From: Phoronis australis
Lineage: Eukaryota > Animalia > Phoronida
Reading direction: 5' to 3'
DNA: 64,000 nt
Assembly (NCBI GenBank): GCA_002633005.1
Contig: NMRA01000079.1
Location: 1,021,182-1,085,181, forward strand
The notes under the pieces: model-generated
Databases searched by the model: none
The model's input: only the letters and a program-made list of their open reading frames with translations
Told to the model about the DNA's origin: nothing
Shown here: positions 1-12,300 of the stretch, one piece after another
Layout of the letters: the number at the start of each line of letters is the position of its first letter
Position numbering within the stretch: position 1 is the first letter of the stretch
Translations under genes and position numbers: made by a program

Positions 1-215
1 TCTTAAGATGTATTTATTAAGTTCTTTTTGAGATACAGGGTCATGGCGGGAACTGTTTAAGTGAACAATGTATGTTTGCATTTGATAAAGTTTTACCTAA
101 GTTATGACTGAGGGACAGCAGGGATACACATTTTGTCACTTCCACAGACTTATATGGTGTGGAAACTGTTTACGTTACTTGGTTGGATTTTAGGAGCTGT
201 GGTCTTATGTTTCAG

Positions 216-308
216 TTAAACAAGCTATTTGATGACGATCAATTTGGAAACGACGTTGGTATCAGACTGGATTTCCCTTTCATCTACACGATGTCGGATA
301 AGGACGAG
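216..308 (+). CDS. Gene A coding exon 3
   Basis: ttcag|LNKLFDDDQFGNDVGIRLDFPFIYTMSDKDE|gtatgg; 93 nt like paralog exon [20 protein letters not shown]...EE. Confidence 0.85.
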
Positions 309-3300
309 GTATGGTGGTTAATCTGCTTAGAGCTAGGAATAATTCCTTATCAGCATACACGTGCGTTTGTGCACCCATGAGGTGCTGTAAATACACTAAT
401 TGATTTTGCATAGGCTTTCAAGGGCACTGAAGTGCCCGTGACGTACTGTAGCTTGCACGCCCCAAAATGGTATACAATGAAGTCTAACCCGGCTCGATTA
501 CATTATTGTGAAATCATCCTGATCTCATCAAAAACGTACAGTCGTGTAAAAATGCATTGTACACATTTTAACAGCTCTGCCATAATGTTTATTTAAGAAA
601 GTGGTCCATTTTTAGCTTTAGTGTCATAAGTTTAAATTTGATCGAAAATAAGGAAGTATTTGTAATTCAATCCGTGCGAGCAGACATCTACATGTACATG
701 TACGTGTAGATCTGAAGTTGTTCATTGCTGTTCCAGAACGAAGTGCTAGAGATGGCGCGCCGTATGAAGACGAGAGCTCCGAATGCAACTGCCTTGTCTT
801 TTCTTCAGTGGGCGGTGAGGAGAGCTGATTACCAAGCCAGCAAATCACATTTGCCGGTCCTCATTGTAGACGGGTATAAACTCACATCTGAGCTCACCTC
901 TTAGTGTGTTCATTGTTGTAGACTACTTTTGTGATCGATAATACAGGGATTTTCAAAATAGTTCACCATTTTAGAAAAGCGACTAAGATAGACGAATGTC
1001 GCCTACAGGGCGACTTTGAAACCTTCTTCAGAGATAGGAATGAGTTCTAAACCTTCGCGCTGATATACCAATCAAGAAAACTACTGGGCTTACATGTACG
1101 TCAGGTAATCAAGTCATTAATTTATGTCCAAAGTGAAAAGTGAAAAAGTCCTTCACACATTCCAGCCAATGTAATTGATTCTTCCAGTTCGACTGTCTGA
1201 TTTGACATTGGAAACAACAGCTGGCATTGAAGTAAAGGCTCCTAGCATGATATATCCAGAGTGCATTAATTTTCTTAAATTCTGCTTAGGCACGCGGCAA
1301 CAATACTATGTAACCGCCAATCAAATTTCTCTCCGTGCCCTTGGATTTGATTCCAAAACGCCCATTGTCAAAATAAACAAACTGGATCAATAATCCGTGT
1401 AATGACAAATTTTTCTCCTCTTCAGCGAAACGGAGTTTCGTTACTCCGCATACAAAACTGGGCTTTATGTGCACGCAGGAGACATCTGCAACCATCGCGT
1501 TGCTTTGGTGGAAGAAGGTCGCATACTAGACAGAGAAGGTGATCCCATATCAGACATGCAGATGGCGCATGACGTAGGGAGGACGTAAGTAACCTATTCT
1601 GCCAAAACAAACATCTAGTTTAACAGCAGATTTGGCTGTGCAGTCTGAGCATAGCATGCCTCAAGAAATGTCGTCTTAGTGTAAATCCGTCGTTCGTTAA
1701 AATTACGGATTGAATTACACGTAGATCGCTTCTTTCAGGAATCGATATCTTGTACCACTAGTCTAAACTTGTTCACTTCTCAGATTAAACGTGCTCACCG
1801 AGTTCGGAAAGGAATGGCAGATTATTTGAGCATAGGGGAATGCCACGTCATGCAGTTTGAGTATTTATTCAATACCTTTCCAAGTTGGAAGTCAAGTATC
1901 CAGGTTAAAGGCCTGTGGTCCGAGTTATAGACAAAAAACGTTTAACGCCATTTTAGCCGGGTTTTTTGGTATGACGTAAAGTTCATATAGAATATTACAT
2001 GGCGAAGTCGTTATCCCCCGTTATCTAGAGCCCGAGTGGATAATATTGTGGTATAAAAAAGTTATTAACTTTGAATACGTGCACAACATTTGCAAAAGTC
2101 GTTTTTAATGTTACCAACAAATGAGATGTTTACAAAGAATAAAAAGGATAGTCATTAAAATACAAAAGATATTACAATAACGCAACGCATGCGCAGCCAC
2201 AGGGGCAATACCGATACAAAATGCAAAGGTGTACTGCCGAAGGCGAAACGCGGGCGTACTGCTCTACGAGATTCTGAAAAGGACGAATTAGTCAGCAGAA
2301 AAAGCGGCACTACCGACAAACCGTGTACAAAAGCGAGTCGTTCGAAAGGTGTGAAACAATGAGGACAAGATTCAATCTTCGAACTCATAAAAATATTGAA
2401 AGTCTTTCGATGGACAAGTAAGTGTGCTGTTTGTAAAATGTTCAGTGACTCGTATGTACATATGTACGCTTCGAGCGTTCACTGCATGGGTAACTGATCT
2501 CAGTCGACATACATCAGACCAGATTTATTCTGAAGTTAATTCAGTCAGCTGTTCAGTGTTTCTCCTGTGATTTGTTGCCTTTACTTATACCGATTCACAC
2601 TGGCTGAGACTAATTAGTAATTTACACTTGTGAGTGCCAGGTCCTTTCATACTAACGTCGATCCGGCGATATTATGGGGATTTGCGGTCAATGTGAACGG
2701 TTAACTTCGGTCCGTGACCCAAGTTAACAACGCCAGTTAACTTCGCCGTTAACAGGTGACTTATCAGCGGAGCGCAGACGCTGCGGTGCAGTATGAACGG
2801 TCCTTGAACTTCGGTCCCATCGAAGTTATCGCCAGGAGGCACTGTTATCGTCAACGATTACAGAGCAGTGTTCTCGCTAATTGGTTGCTCATATTTTGCT
2901 CAATTCGAATTAGAACTAGGTTTTTGTGCCAATGATTAGCTCGTCAATATTCCCAAATTATAACATAGCGTGCAAGCGATGAATCAGCGCTACCTCGCGA
3001 TTACTTCGATGACAACAGCGCCAGCCACCGTTTACTTCGATGTCCGTTAACTACCGAAGCCTTTATGAACGGTTCAGTTAACTTCGCAGTTTACGCTCAG
3101 ACCGGAGTTAAGTCATTATGAAAGGGCATTTGTATTAGGATAGCAGTTGCCCTGGGGGAGGGGTGGGGGGAGTTTTTAGGCCGTGTAAGGGAGGTGTTGC
3201 CCACTCTCCCTCACATAGCTTTATTAGAAAGCTCGACTTGTCCCTGTTGGTCGTAGTGAGTACACTGGGTGGTGAGTTTTGGTTGACATGGCTGTCTACA

Positions 3301-6300
3301 TGTAATTACATGTAGTTCTGCTTTATGTTGAGCACTTACACATGCCCGTGTAAGTGTAGGTTGATATCTCTTATCCCATTAAGTTTTAAAAGAAGGAACA
3401 AATGTGACAAACTGGAGCTTATTATAGATAGCCAGTTTAAAAAGTTTTTGTGCGTTTCCATCTTAGACTTTTCAAGTAAGGAGAATTTTTTTATTTACAA
3501 CCGGCATGGTCCAACCACATTACGTGAACCCACAACCTCAGAAAATGAGACAATCAAGTCTCACGATTGGAGTAAAATTCTGTAAGTTTTCTCATGTCAC
3601 GGAATTTCTCAATTTTCCAGTTTTGTATCGAATGCAGATTAGGCAATGTGCTCTAATCCTTATTGTTTGTCAATATTAATATTACTTTATCAGTCTTTTA
3701 TGTTGCTGTCAGGTTAGAATGATCGTGTCTCAGCTATAAATGTTACCTACTGGTAAATCAAAGTTGTTTTAAACATTAAGGTATGACATGTTTACTTAAA
3801 GTGCATTCTTTAATCTTGGGATTTCTCCTGGTAAAATGAGACAAATTTTAGTATTTAAACCCTTCTTCGTCACATGCACAATCAGATTGAGTGCTTTAAA
3901 CGAGCTGCCCATACAAACTTTCTTTAAAGGAGTCCCAGACTGGTTATAGAAGCAGATCGCCTAACGAAACCTTGATGTTTTGTTCCATTTTAGTGCCTTA
4001 ATATCTCATGGGGGGATATTTCACATTTTATTCAGCTCACAACTCTTAATCGTAACCAAATGTGTCATCGTGGTCGTGTAAAGCATTAAAACTTACCTTG
4101 TTTAAAGCAAATTGTATTGCGGGAATCATCCATGACCCCAATATTTCAGGGATTACGTAATTCCGACAACTCTTTACCCCACCACTATGCACCAGCAACC
4201 TCCCCCCACTCAGCGATTTTTACAAAAAATACATTTACCAAGGCGTTTACATATGAGTTTTCAAAATGACCTCCCTGTGGCGGGCTTTTTTACCAAAAAA
4301 CTGCAGGTTGGACCTAGATTTCTACGTCTAAACAACCAAACAGCTTACCAAACAAATATTCGAGATATTTTTGAAAGATGCGTGCACTTCGAAGATGATT
4401 TGTGGTTTATATTTTGGCAACAGAACAATGTACATTAAAATGTATGAAACAGTATTTAGTTTTAGTTGTTTATGATAGATTTGTGTAATCCCTTCATCAA
4501 TCATATCTGCGTTATGTTTTTATCAGTGGTTTGTAAGATTTCCAGTTGAGCTAAGAACAGTTACAAAGTAACGACTTTGCCAATGAACTGGCTTAGAAAT
4601 GTATTTTAACTGCAATCGAATTTGAAACTTTGTGTATCCACAGACCTTCTTTTGATTACCCTAAAACAATTAATTATCATGCCCATGTTGCAGCATTCCA
4701 GGCTTGGCTATCCAAAACTCACAGGCGTTATAAAACAATTATCTGTTTAACCAGTAGCACAGAACTTTTATTACGCTGTGTTTACTGACACAGGCAAACT
4801 GGGATATTGCGTGATCAAGAACAGGCTTCACTGCACTTGCATGTCACTTTCACAAGGCTTATAGCTTGGGAGTTAGAAACCGATGATCTGCAACCACAAA
4901 TACCCATGATATACATGTACCACCATCACCATTACTACAAGCCAGTGTTTTGCCTAGTTGCCCCTTCCAAGCCCACAATGGGACCTAAGTCCACTCGTCT
5001 CCCCTAAATTCGCGTTTGTATGGTTTTATCTTGTCGATTCAATGTCACCGCTTCAGATTCACATATTCTTGTCTGAGTTTTCAGTATAGATGCCTCAGAA
5101 CGCATTTTAAACTGAAGGTCTTCTTACAAATGTCACTATTGCCATATTGCAGCGATTCAGAGCTGCTGTTCACCCTTGTCCTTATCTTCTTTGCATCCTT
5201 ACAATCTGCCATAAAGTTTGTGTCTACTCTTGTACAGACTCTGTGCTCTTTTGGAAATTAAGGTAGATATAAGCCTGCCTACTGTCAATAAACCAATTTT
5301 TCATTTGAACCAAGTATCATTAGTATGAAATTGATCTCGAATCGTTCCTTGATAAAAGTAGGTGTGAATTTCGGGCTAGAAAATTTCTAACAATTTGTTA
5401 TTATTCGATAAAGTTTCCTTACGTTGAATTGTCACAGCATGTCATTTTATTCACTTGACATGATCTCAACCATAGTGAACTGCCAGATCTGTTCAAGACC
5501 AAAACTGATCTCAATAAGGAATAAGGAAAATGCCGAGACCAATTCTATACTTAAACGTATAGTTAAAACGAAACGTCAATTTGCTTGGATAGATTAAGGT
5601 AGCCACAGTAATTGTTCTGCAAAAATCCAACTCTGTCGTCCCTGAATGTTTGTTTATTGTTGCTTCCTGATAGACGATGGTAGTATAAACCTTATTTGAG
5701 CATGATGAAACAGTTGCGTGGTAGCTATATTCATTCAACGGCTGGTGAGTAGCACTTGGGTTCAATTTCCAGTCTTAGAACTCTAGGATCCATGTTAAAA
5801 GGTTTTGCTTTGGCCATGAAAAGTTATGATGCGATGAAGATTCATATCAAGAATCAAATGACAATGTGCATTAGTTCATACATCATCTTTCTAACTTGTA
5901 ACCTCTCACACTTGTTGATACTAGCTTTCAGTCGGTGGAATGGGGGCGGTAATCATTGGCTGTACCCAACGGTGGTTTTCTTTGCATCGTTTCTTTGGTT
6001 ATGGTGCTTCCGTGCTCAATTGTATTGTACTTTTGCACAATCTTTTACAGGCTATAACGGTACTTTAGTGAGAAATCCAAGAAGTGTGCAGTTTATATAT
6101 CACCTATTTCACGAAAGCGCCATCTTCCCGCGCCATCTTTAAATACTGATCGAAAACGAGGCACACTGATAAAACCTCGTGAGTGATCATCAGCTGGCCA
6201 TGGTGTACTGTGCAGTGCCTGAACGTACCAATTCCAGTAATATCTTGTCGGTATCCTTCCCAGGGATATGCTTAGCCATTCGCCCAGTCACCAATGCTAG

Positions 6301-9300
6301 TAAAAATGGTGCTGGGTGAGTAGAAGTTGACTTGCCGGTCGCCCGGTGGCGAGCGAATTTCAGAGCGCAAAAGCACTATATATCGTTTCCCAGATGAATA
6401 TGAATAATTTTCCTCCTCCTTGTGCTGTTTTTATCATGAATTTAAGGTTCAGTTTGGTCATCGTGTCGATGCTCCGGCAGTAAAAAACATCGGCGCAGTG
6501 CGAACCTACCGATTCAGTACATGTCACCCGTTACGCGATTCGTCAAAAAACACAGTGTGTGGTCGTGCACAAAGAATTTGTGGACTAGTCCGAAACGAAG
6601 AAAAGGGGAGAAAGGTGGAAGACCGGTCCATGTGCTCATAGCAAATAAAATACCATATTTCTTGGAACTGATTTCTTATTGTAATGTACAATGTCATTTT
6701 AGCCAAAATTATTTTTATAACATTCGTCCTAATAAGCGCCCATGCCCCTATAAGCGTCCCCACTCGTTTTCAGACTTCGCTAAAATAAGCGCCCAGTCCA
6801 TGAATGTGTATATATCAGTGCGAAAAATGTCTTACCTCACAGTTCTAAAATTCTACAGTAAATGTATTCAATTTATCAATAATATCCGACAGTTCTGAAA
6901 AATCATTGTGCGCGTAATTTCTAGTAGACCACGAGCCTCGCCGCTATGTCGGTATTTAGCCGTGGCTGTACACTTCAAACCATTCCGCAGTGCTTCAAAA
7001 AGAACGCAAAAGATTTGCTGATCTTGCGCGGAAAGTGTCACACTACATGGTCTGGCCCTGATCAGAACAGACGCAGCGTACTCAGGTCAACGGGATTGGT
7101 ATTGTATCTTTCCCGTACAGATCTTCTCCCACAACAGGAATCCAGATTGTTTTGTACACGAAAAATTATAAAAACCGCGAATCGAAACTTGGCCAAGAAG
7201 CGCGCGCTAGGGCCCACATATAACATGTGGGCCTGCTCAATGAGATAAATATACTACATTATACAGCTCATTGGGCCTGCTACTCTGGCAAATGAACACT
7301 GATGACACGCACGCGCTCGCTCACTCGGTGCACACCAGCTGATTCACTTCAATACAAACGTCACGTGACAACAACATATGTGTTCGTCCAGATTTTTCTC
7401 GTTGCGGGGTGCGATCTAGCGCAGATTTTGACTTAATCTGCGGTTAATCCCGACTCCGAGTCCACAGGAACTTAAGAATCTTAGGAAAGGCTATTTGGGA
7501 GGATTTCAGGTAATTTGAGTCGAAACTATTTTTACTCAAGAATTCAAGTTGTCCTATCGACGATCGCGAAGCAGCGACGCATCAGTCGGCAAGTTTTCGC
7601 CCTGGGATTTCAGCACATTTTTTTTAAAAAGATCGTAATTTAACAACAGAGTTTGATAGCAATGCACCACAGTTTTGTAGCTAGTCTGTCATAGGTTACA
7701 CATACGTCACAGCGCGTAAATTTGATGAATCCTAGCTTCCGATTTCACCCGTTTCGGAGACCAGGTTTTAACTGCCGTAGGCTACAAAAAGAGTCCCCCT
7801 GGGCGCTTATTAGAGCGAATACGGTAGCCCTAATAGATGGTGACATCAGTGCACGAAACGATGATTTTTATTTAAATTAGCAGCAAGTTTGTGGTGACTG
7901 GCGCCAACGGCCGGGTGACCGAACTTCGGGCTTGGCGAGTAGATTTTCTGGCTCCGGCACTCACCCAGCTCCGGGCGAGCAGAAAAGCCTGGATATATCC
8001 CTGACTTCCACACTTTTTCAAAAGAGGGAAAACTATAAGGAATGGCTGAGGAGGGTAAAAGTCTAGTTGCCATAAGTATTGGTATGTTTTTGGAGATCGA
8101 TTCAACATCAGACAACTTGATTTTTGGTAACGTTGATAAGTCTTTTGACCACAACAACTTGCAGGACGATGCAATGTTTGTCAAGGCGCCGCGTTTTCGA
8201 GCAACACGACAGCAGCGCCCCGCGTTCGTGAAAGAGGTGAATACAGCACTGCAACTGGTGTCCATAATTAGTATACATGTATGCTTGGGAGAAGATCACG
8301 GCGTGCACAAACTTGACACATGAATTCCAGGGTCCAGCCTGTCCATTGCTTGGAGGTCAATGGTCTTGCAATGGCAACAAATGATAACTGATCTATCAAA
8401 CGAAACTATCACTGCCTTTGTGAACACTTAACAATTGACACTATCTTTAAAGTTCCTTTTGTACAATAGCTTGACCTTGATAAAACCTGTAGTCATCACA
8501 ACAGGACACAGTAGTATTTTTCATCTTATCAATTTACTGTTCAGTAGGGCCTATACATGTACAAGTTTAGCATTTTACTTTAGATTATATACGTTTAATA
8601 AACCAGCACTGCTTGATGACTGTCTCCTACATGCGACTCCAATACAGGGATACAGGACCTGCTTTGTAATTGAAGTGTTCATGTAACTTGGTTCAGGTTG
8701 AGTCTATCATCTGCTTTTGTCGATCCCGGTGGTAGTTTGAATTGACTACGTAATTAAAATAAATGCGTCCATGACTTAAGCATATTACGATTTATTACAT
8801 GTCATGTAGCAACTCTTGTTTGCATTTTCATGTATGTGATGTTGAGAATTACTGCTGTGAAATGCATTTGTTGTTGTGCAGGTTAAACTTTGGCACGGAA
8901 AATCCATTCTGTTCGTTAATGTGATTGCGTCATTGCTGTTAAAGCTACTATAAACATGCCTTCCATCAAATAAACCAACTCTTGATTTTGACTATTTATT
9001 GTCTCGGCCCATTCCTTACCCATAAGTGCAAGTGATTCCTGGAATTAGAAAAAAATGGCCTCAGCTTATGAAGTTGGCTTGAAACAGCGTGTCAATTTTC
9101 TAGGTGAATTCTTTCCAAGCCAAGAAACCTATCCTCACGTTCATACACAATGCAAGTCTAAGCAGTACATGGGTAACAGTGATACATTATATTCCATAGG
9201 ATACACATTAATGCAAATTGAAATTTCACTGTTCTAACTGTTTCGGACCAATTATGTTTAGTTCTCGAGTTAACTTGTCAATACTGACGCTAGAAATCTG

Positions 9301-12300
9301 ATAGCAGTCGACATTCAAGGACGATGGTTTTCGAAGCACACGTTAGGCCCTCTGTCCTGTGATCTGATGGATTGTGTTCTTGATAACGTGAGTCGCATAC
9401 TCAAACTCCGAAAAGGGTACAAAAGATAAAAGCAAGAACTTTTACCAACCTCCCACTGTCCCTAGCCTTTTATTTACAAAATCGAGACCATACCACCGAT
9501 AATACAAAGTCAACGAGTATGTTTTATTGGTTTCTGTGCAGTATCACGGTATTTTTAAAACGGATCATGTGAATTGAATGTTCGGTAACACTAGTATTCG
9601 CTGAAATGTGGCCGAAATCACATGGTCTAATTTAAAATGCTCTGCAATATCTCACGTAATCTTGTTAAGTCTTGTTCTTATCGAGGTCCTAGCATTACTG
9701 AACTCTACCCAAGTTAGGGTTATGTAACGCTAGGATCTGCGGAAGGTCCCACGAGGTTGTTTGATATAGTGCCGCGTGTTTTTAATGAGAACATGCTCGT
9801 AAAATTGATATTTCTAGTCGCGAGTCAGCTACATGTAGTGAGCTCTACCCTTTTTTAAATACAGATCGGTACTGCAATATAATTGAAGGTTTGAAACAAA
9901 AGCATTGCCAAAGCACCTACTGTATAAACCTGCGTGCAATCCAAAAAGCGGACTTTAGATTAAAACGGTCAAACCTTGATGGCATTTGTGCCCGCATAAT
10001 TACCGCTTTGTTAAACTAACATGTAGTCTGGCTTCCGTCAAGTATTACGATTCCTACTGTATGTTCTTTACAAGGCGTGAAATGATCTCTTTCCTAGGGG
10101 ATATTTTGGTATCAATTTGAGTGGCCTTTGATAAATCAAAATATTCTTGTTTGGTAACAGAACTGAGACCTGCCTTATTGAATATAAACNTAGCATTACT
10201 GAACTCTACCCAAGGTAGGGTTATGTAACGCTAGGATCTGCGGAAGGTCCCACGAGGTTGTTTGATATAGTGCCGCGTGTTTTTAATGAGAACATGATCG
10301 TAAAATTGATATTTCTAGTCGCGAGTCAGCTACATGTAGTGAGCTCTACCCTTTTTTAAATACAGATCGGTACTGCAATATAATTGAAGGTTTGAAACAA
10401 AAGCATTGCCAAAGCACCTACATGTACTGTATAAACCTGCGTGCAATCCAAAAAGCGGACTTTAGATTAAAACGGTCAAACCTTGATGGCATTTGTGCCC
10501 GCATAATTACCGCTTTGTTAAACTAACATGTAGTCTGGCTTCCGTCAAGTATTACGATTCCTACTGTATGTTCTTTACAAGGCGTGAAATGATCTCTTTC
10601 CTAGGGGATATTTTGGTATCAATTTGAGTGGCCTTTGATAAATCAAAATATTCTTGTTTGGTAACAGAACTGAGACCTGCCTTATTGAATATAAACTCTG
10701 GGAATGAATTACATACTTGGAGTGGTTCGGTCAGGATTTTTTTATGTTCTTTTTCAGTTTAGGTCTGCCAGGAAACCAGCTATCATGTTCCGAGGGCATT
10801 ATGGAATCCCGGGAGACGCATAAAGGTTGGTCCGCTTGTAGCAAGCAGAAATTAAAGAAGATACTAAGGTACTGAAATTAAACCTTCTACTAACCAAGGC
10901 TTTACATGTTACTTAAACGTTAAAGTATATTTGAGAACAGACGACTTGGTTTCTTTTGCTGACATCGCTTTTTGCATTCATGAACATAATTTAAAGTGAT
11001 GTCATTACCGACAACATCGTGTGCTACGCATGCGCAACCCAAGAACGGAAGCCTCAAGAGAAAAACCTGGTGACATGTACCATCAAGAGATGATTGACTA
11101 CACGAATCGAATAACTACATGTATTCAGATGAACGGAGGGCGGTAATAGTTCCCGTAGTCACAGTAGTTTTCTATATAGGCCTACACTGGACAATTAAAC
11201 GTACGAAATCCACGCATAAAACCGCAATTACAGATCACTCTTTTTAGAATCCTTTCTAATCCTGACCAAATCTCGACAAAATCTCCTCAGGTTTTCTATG
11301 TTCATTTTGTCGAAGTTGTTACAATTCATTTCGCAAGTCCATTGTATCAAGTGACATTTAATGCCCAAGCAAACTAGTAACGTAGATCAATTACACTGTG
11401 AACACTATTTTATTGCGACTAAAGGTCGAACAAACTTCTTAAGTCGGAGTTCTGTCGAATTTTGCATATACTATTTTGAAAAATACTTTAGACTGGGCTA
11501 GCCCAGCTTTCAGTTACATGAACACAACATCGCCTAACCCCACCTATCATTCACATGTTGATCATTTCGGTGTGACCGCAATGAAATTTATCTGGCAATG
11601 GAAACGTGTGACTTACAAAACAACACCAATGTGCAAGCTGCCGCATTGACTGAATCTTCGGGATTTTGACTGGATGCCTTAAGCATTGTTGGTTGTTATC
11701 AACATTTGTTGGCATCCATGCTTGATTACCCCTAACAACAGAACAATCATTTATCGTTCAAACTTGCATATTTATAAGAAAACGCACAGACGTGGATAAC
11801 ATCTGGTGGACAGACGTCCTATTTGACGCCTTACGACAAATTAGGGTAACATTTTAAGAAAAGGGACACATTAAGATGGCCGATATCCTGGCAGATAACT
11901 TGCGACAGCCTTTCGCCAATAGAGCCTAATCAAAAATCATTTAATTGGAATGTATACATTTAGGTATATCATTGCCAGAGTAAATTGGTGTGTTTTGTAT
12001 CCCAACACAATTAAGAAATAGCTACCGTGATTACACTTTCCGTCAATGGCGGAATCTGGCAAAGCTAGTGCCTCGTCTTCATTTTTCGCAAAGTAACCTG
12101 TTCTACGAAAAACAGCCTTGCTCTGCCATCTGATTCGTTGGCAGACGCTTAAAAGGAAGAACTGACTACGGTTTGTTTCATCATGCGTGTGGTAAAATAA
12201 TACTCCTTGTGATCGTAGGGCACGGAAGCATTGTCAAAGGGTGTGTACTTTTGACAATCATCCTCCACTAAATTTGTTCACAAGATCACTTTACTCCATT

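Larger units (their letters stand above)
6200..8265. mobile_element. Decayed THAP-domain DNA transposon remnant (Kolobok-like), interrupted by 6261-8003
   Basis: + strand MVYCAVPERTNSSNILSVSF(6200-6259) continues after the insert as HTFSKEGKL*/KEWLRRVK, a degenerate THAP N-terminus; - strand WSKDLSTLPKI..DVE near 8100-8150 may be a second convergent ORF; ends not defined. Confidence 0.45.

Noticed and set aside
9690-10696. Biological 500-bp tandem repeat or LTR pair
   Set aside because: Copies abut an N and lack TG...CA ends or internal sequence; assembly overlap is simpler
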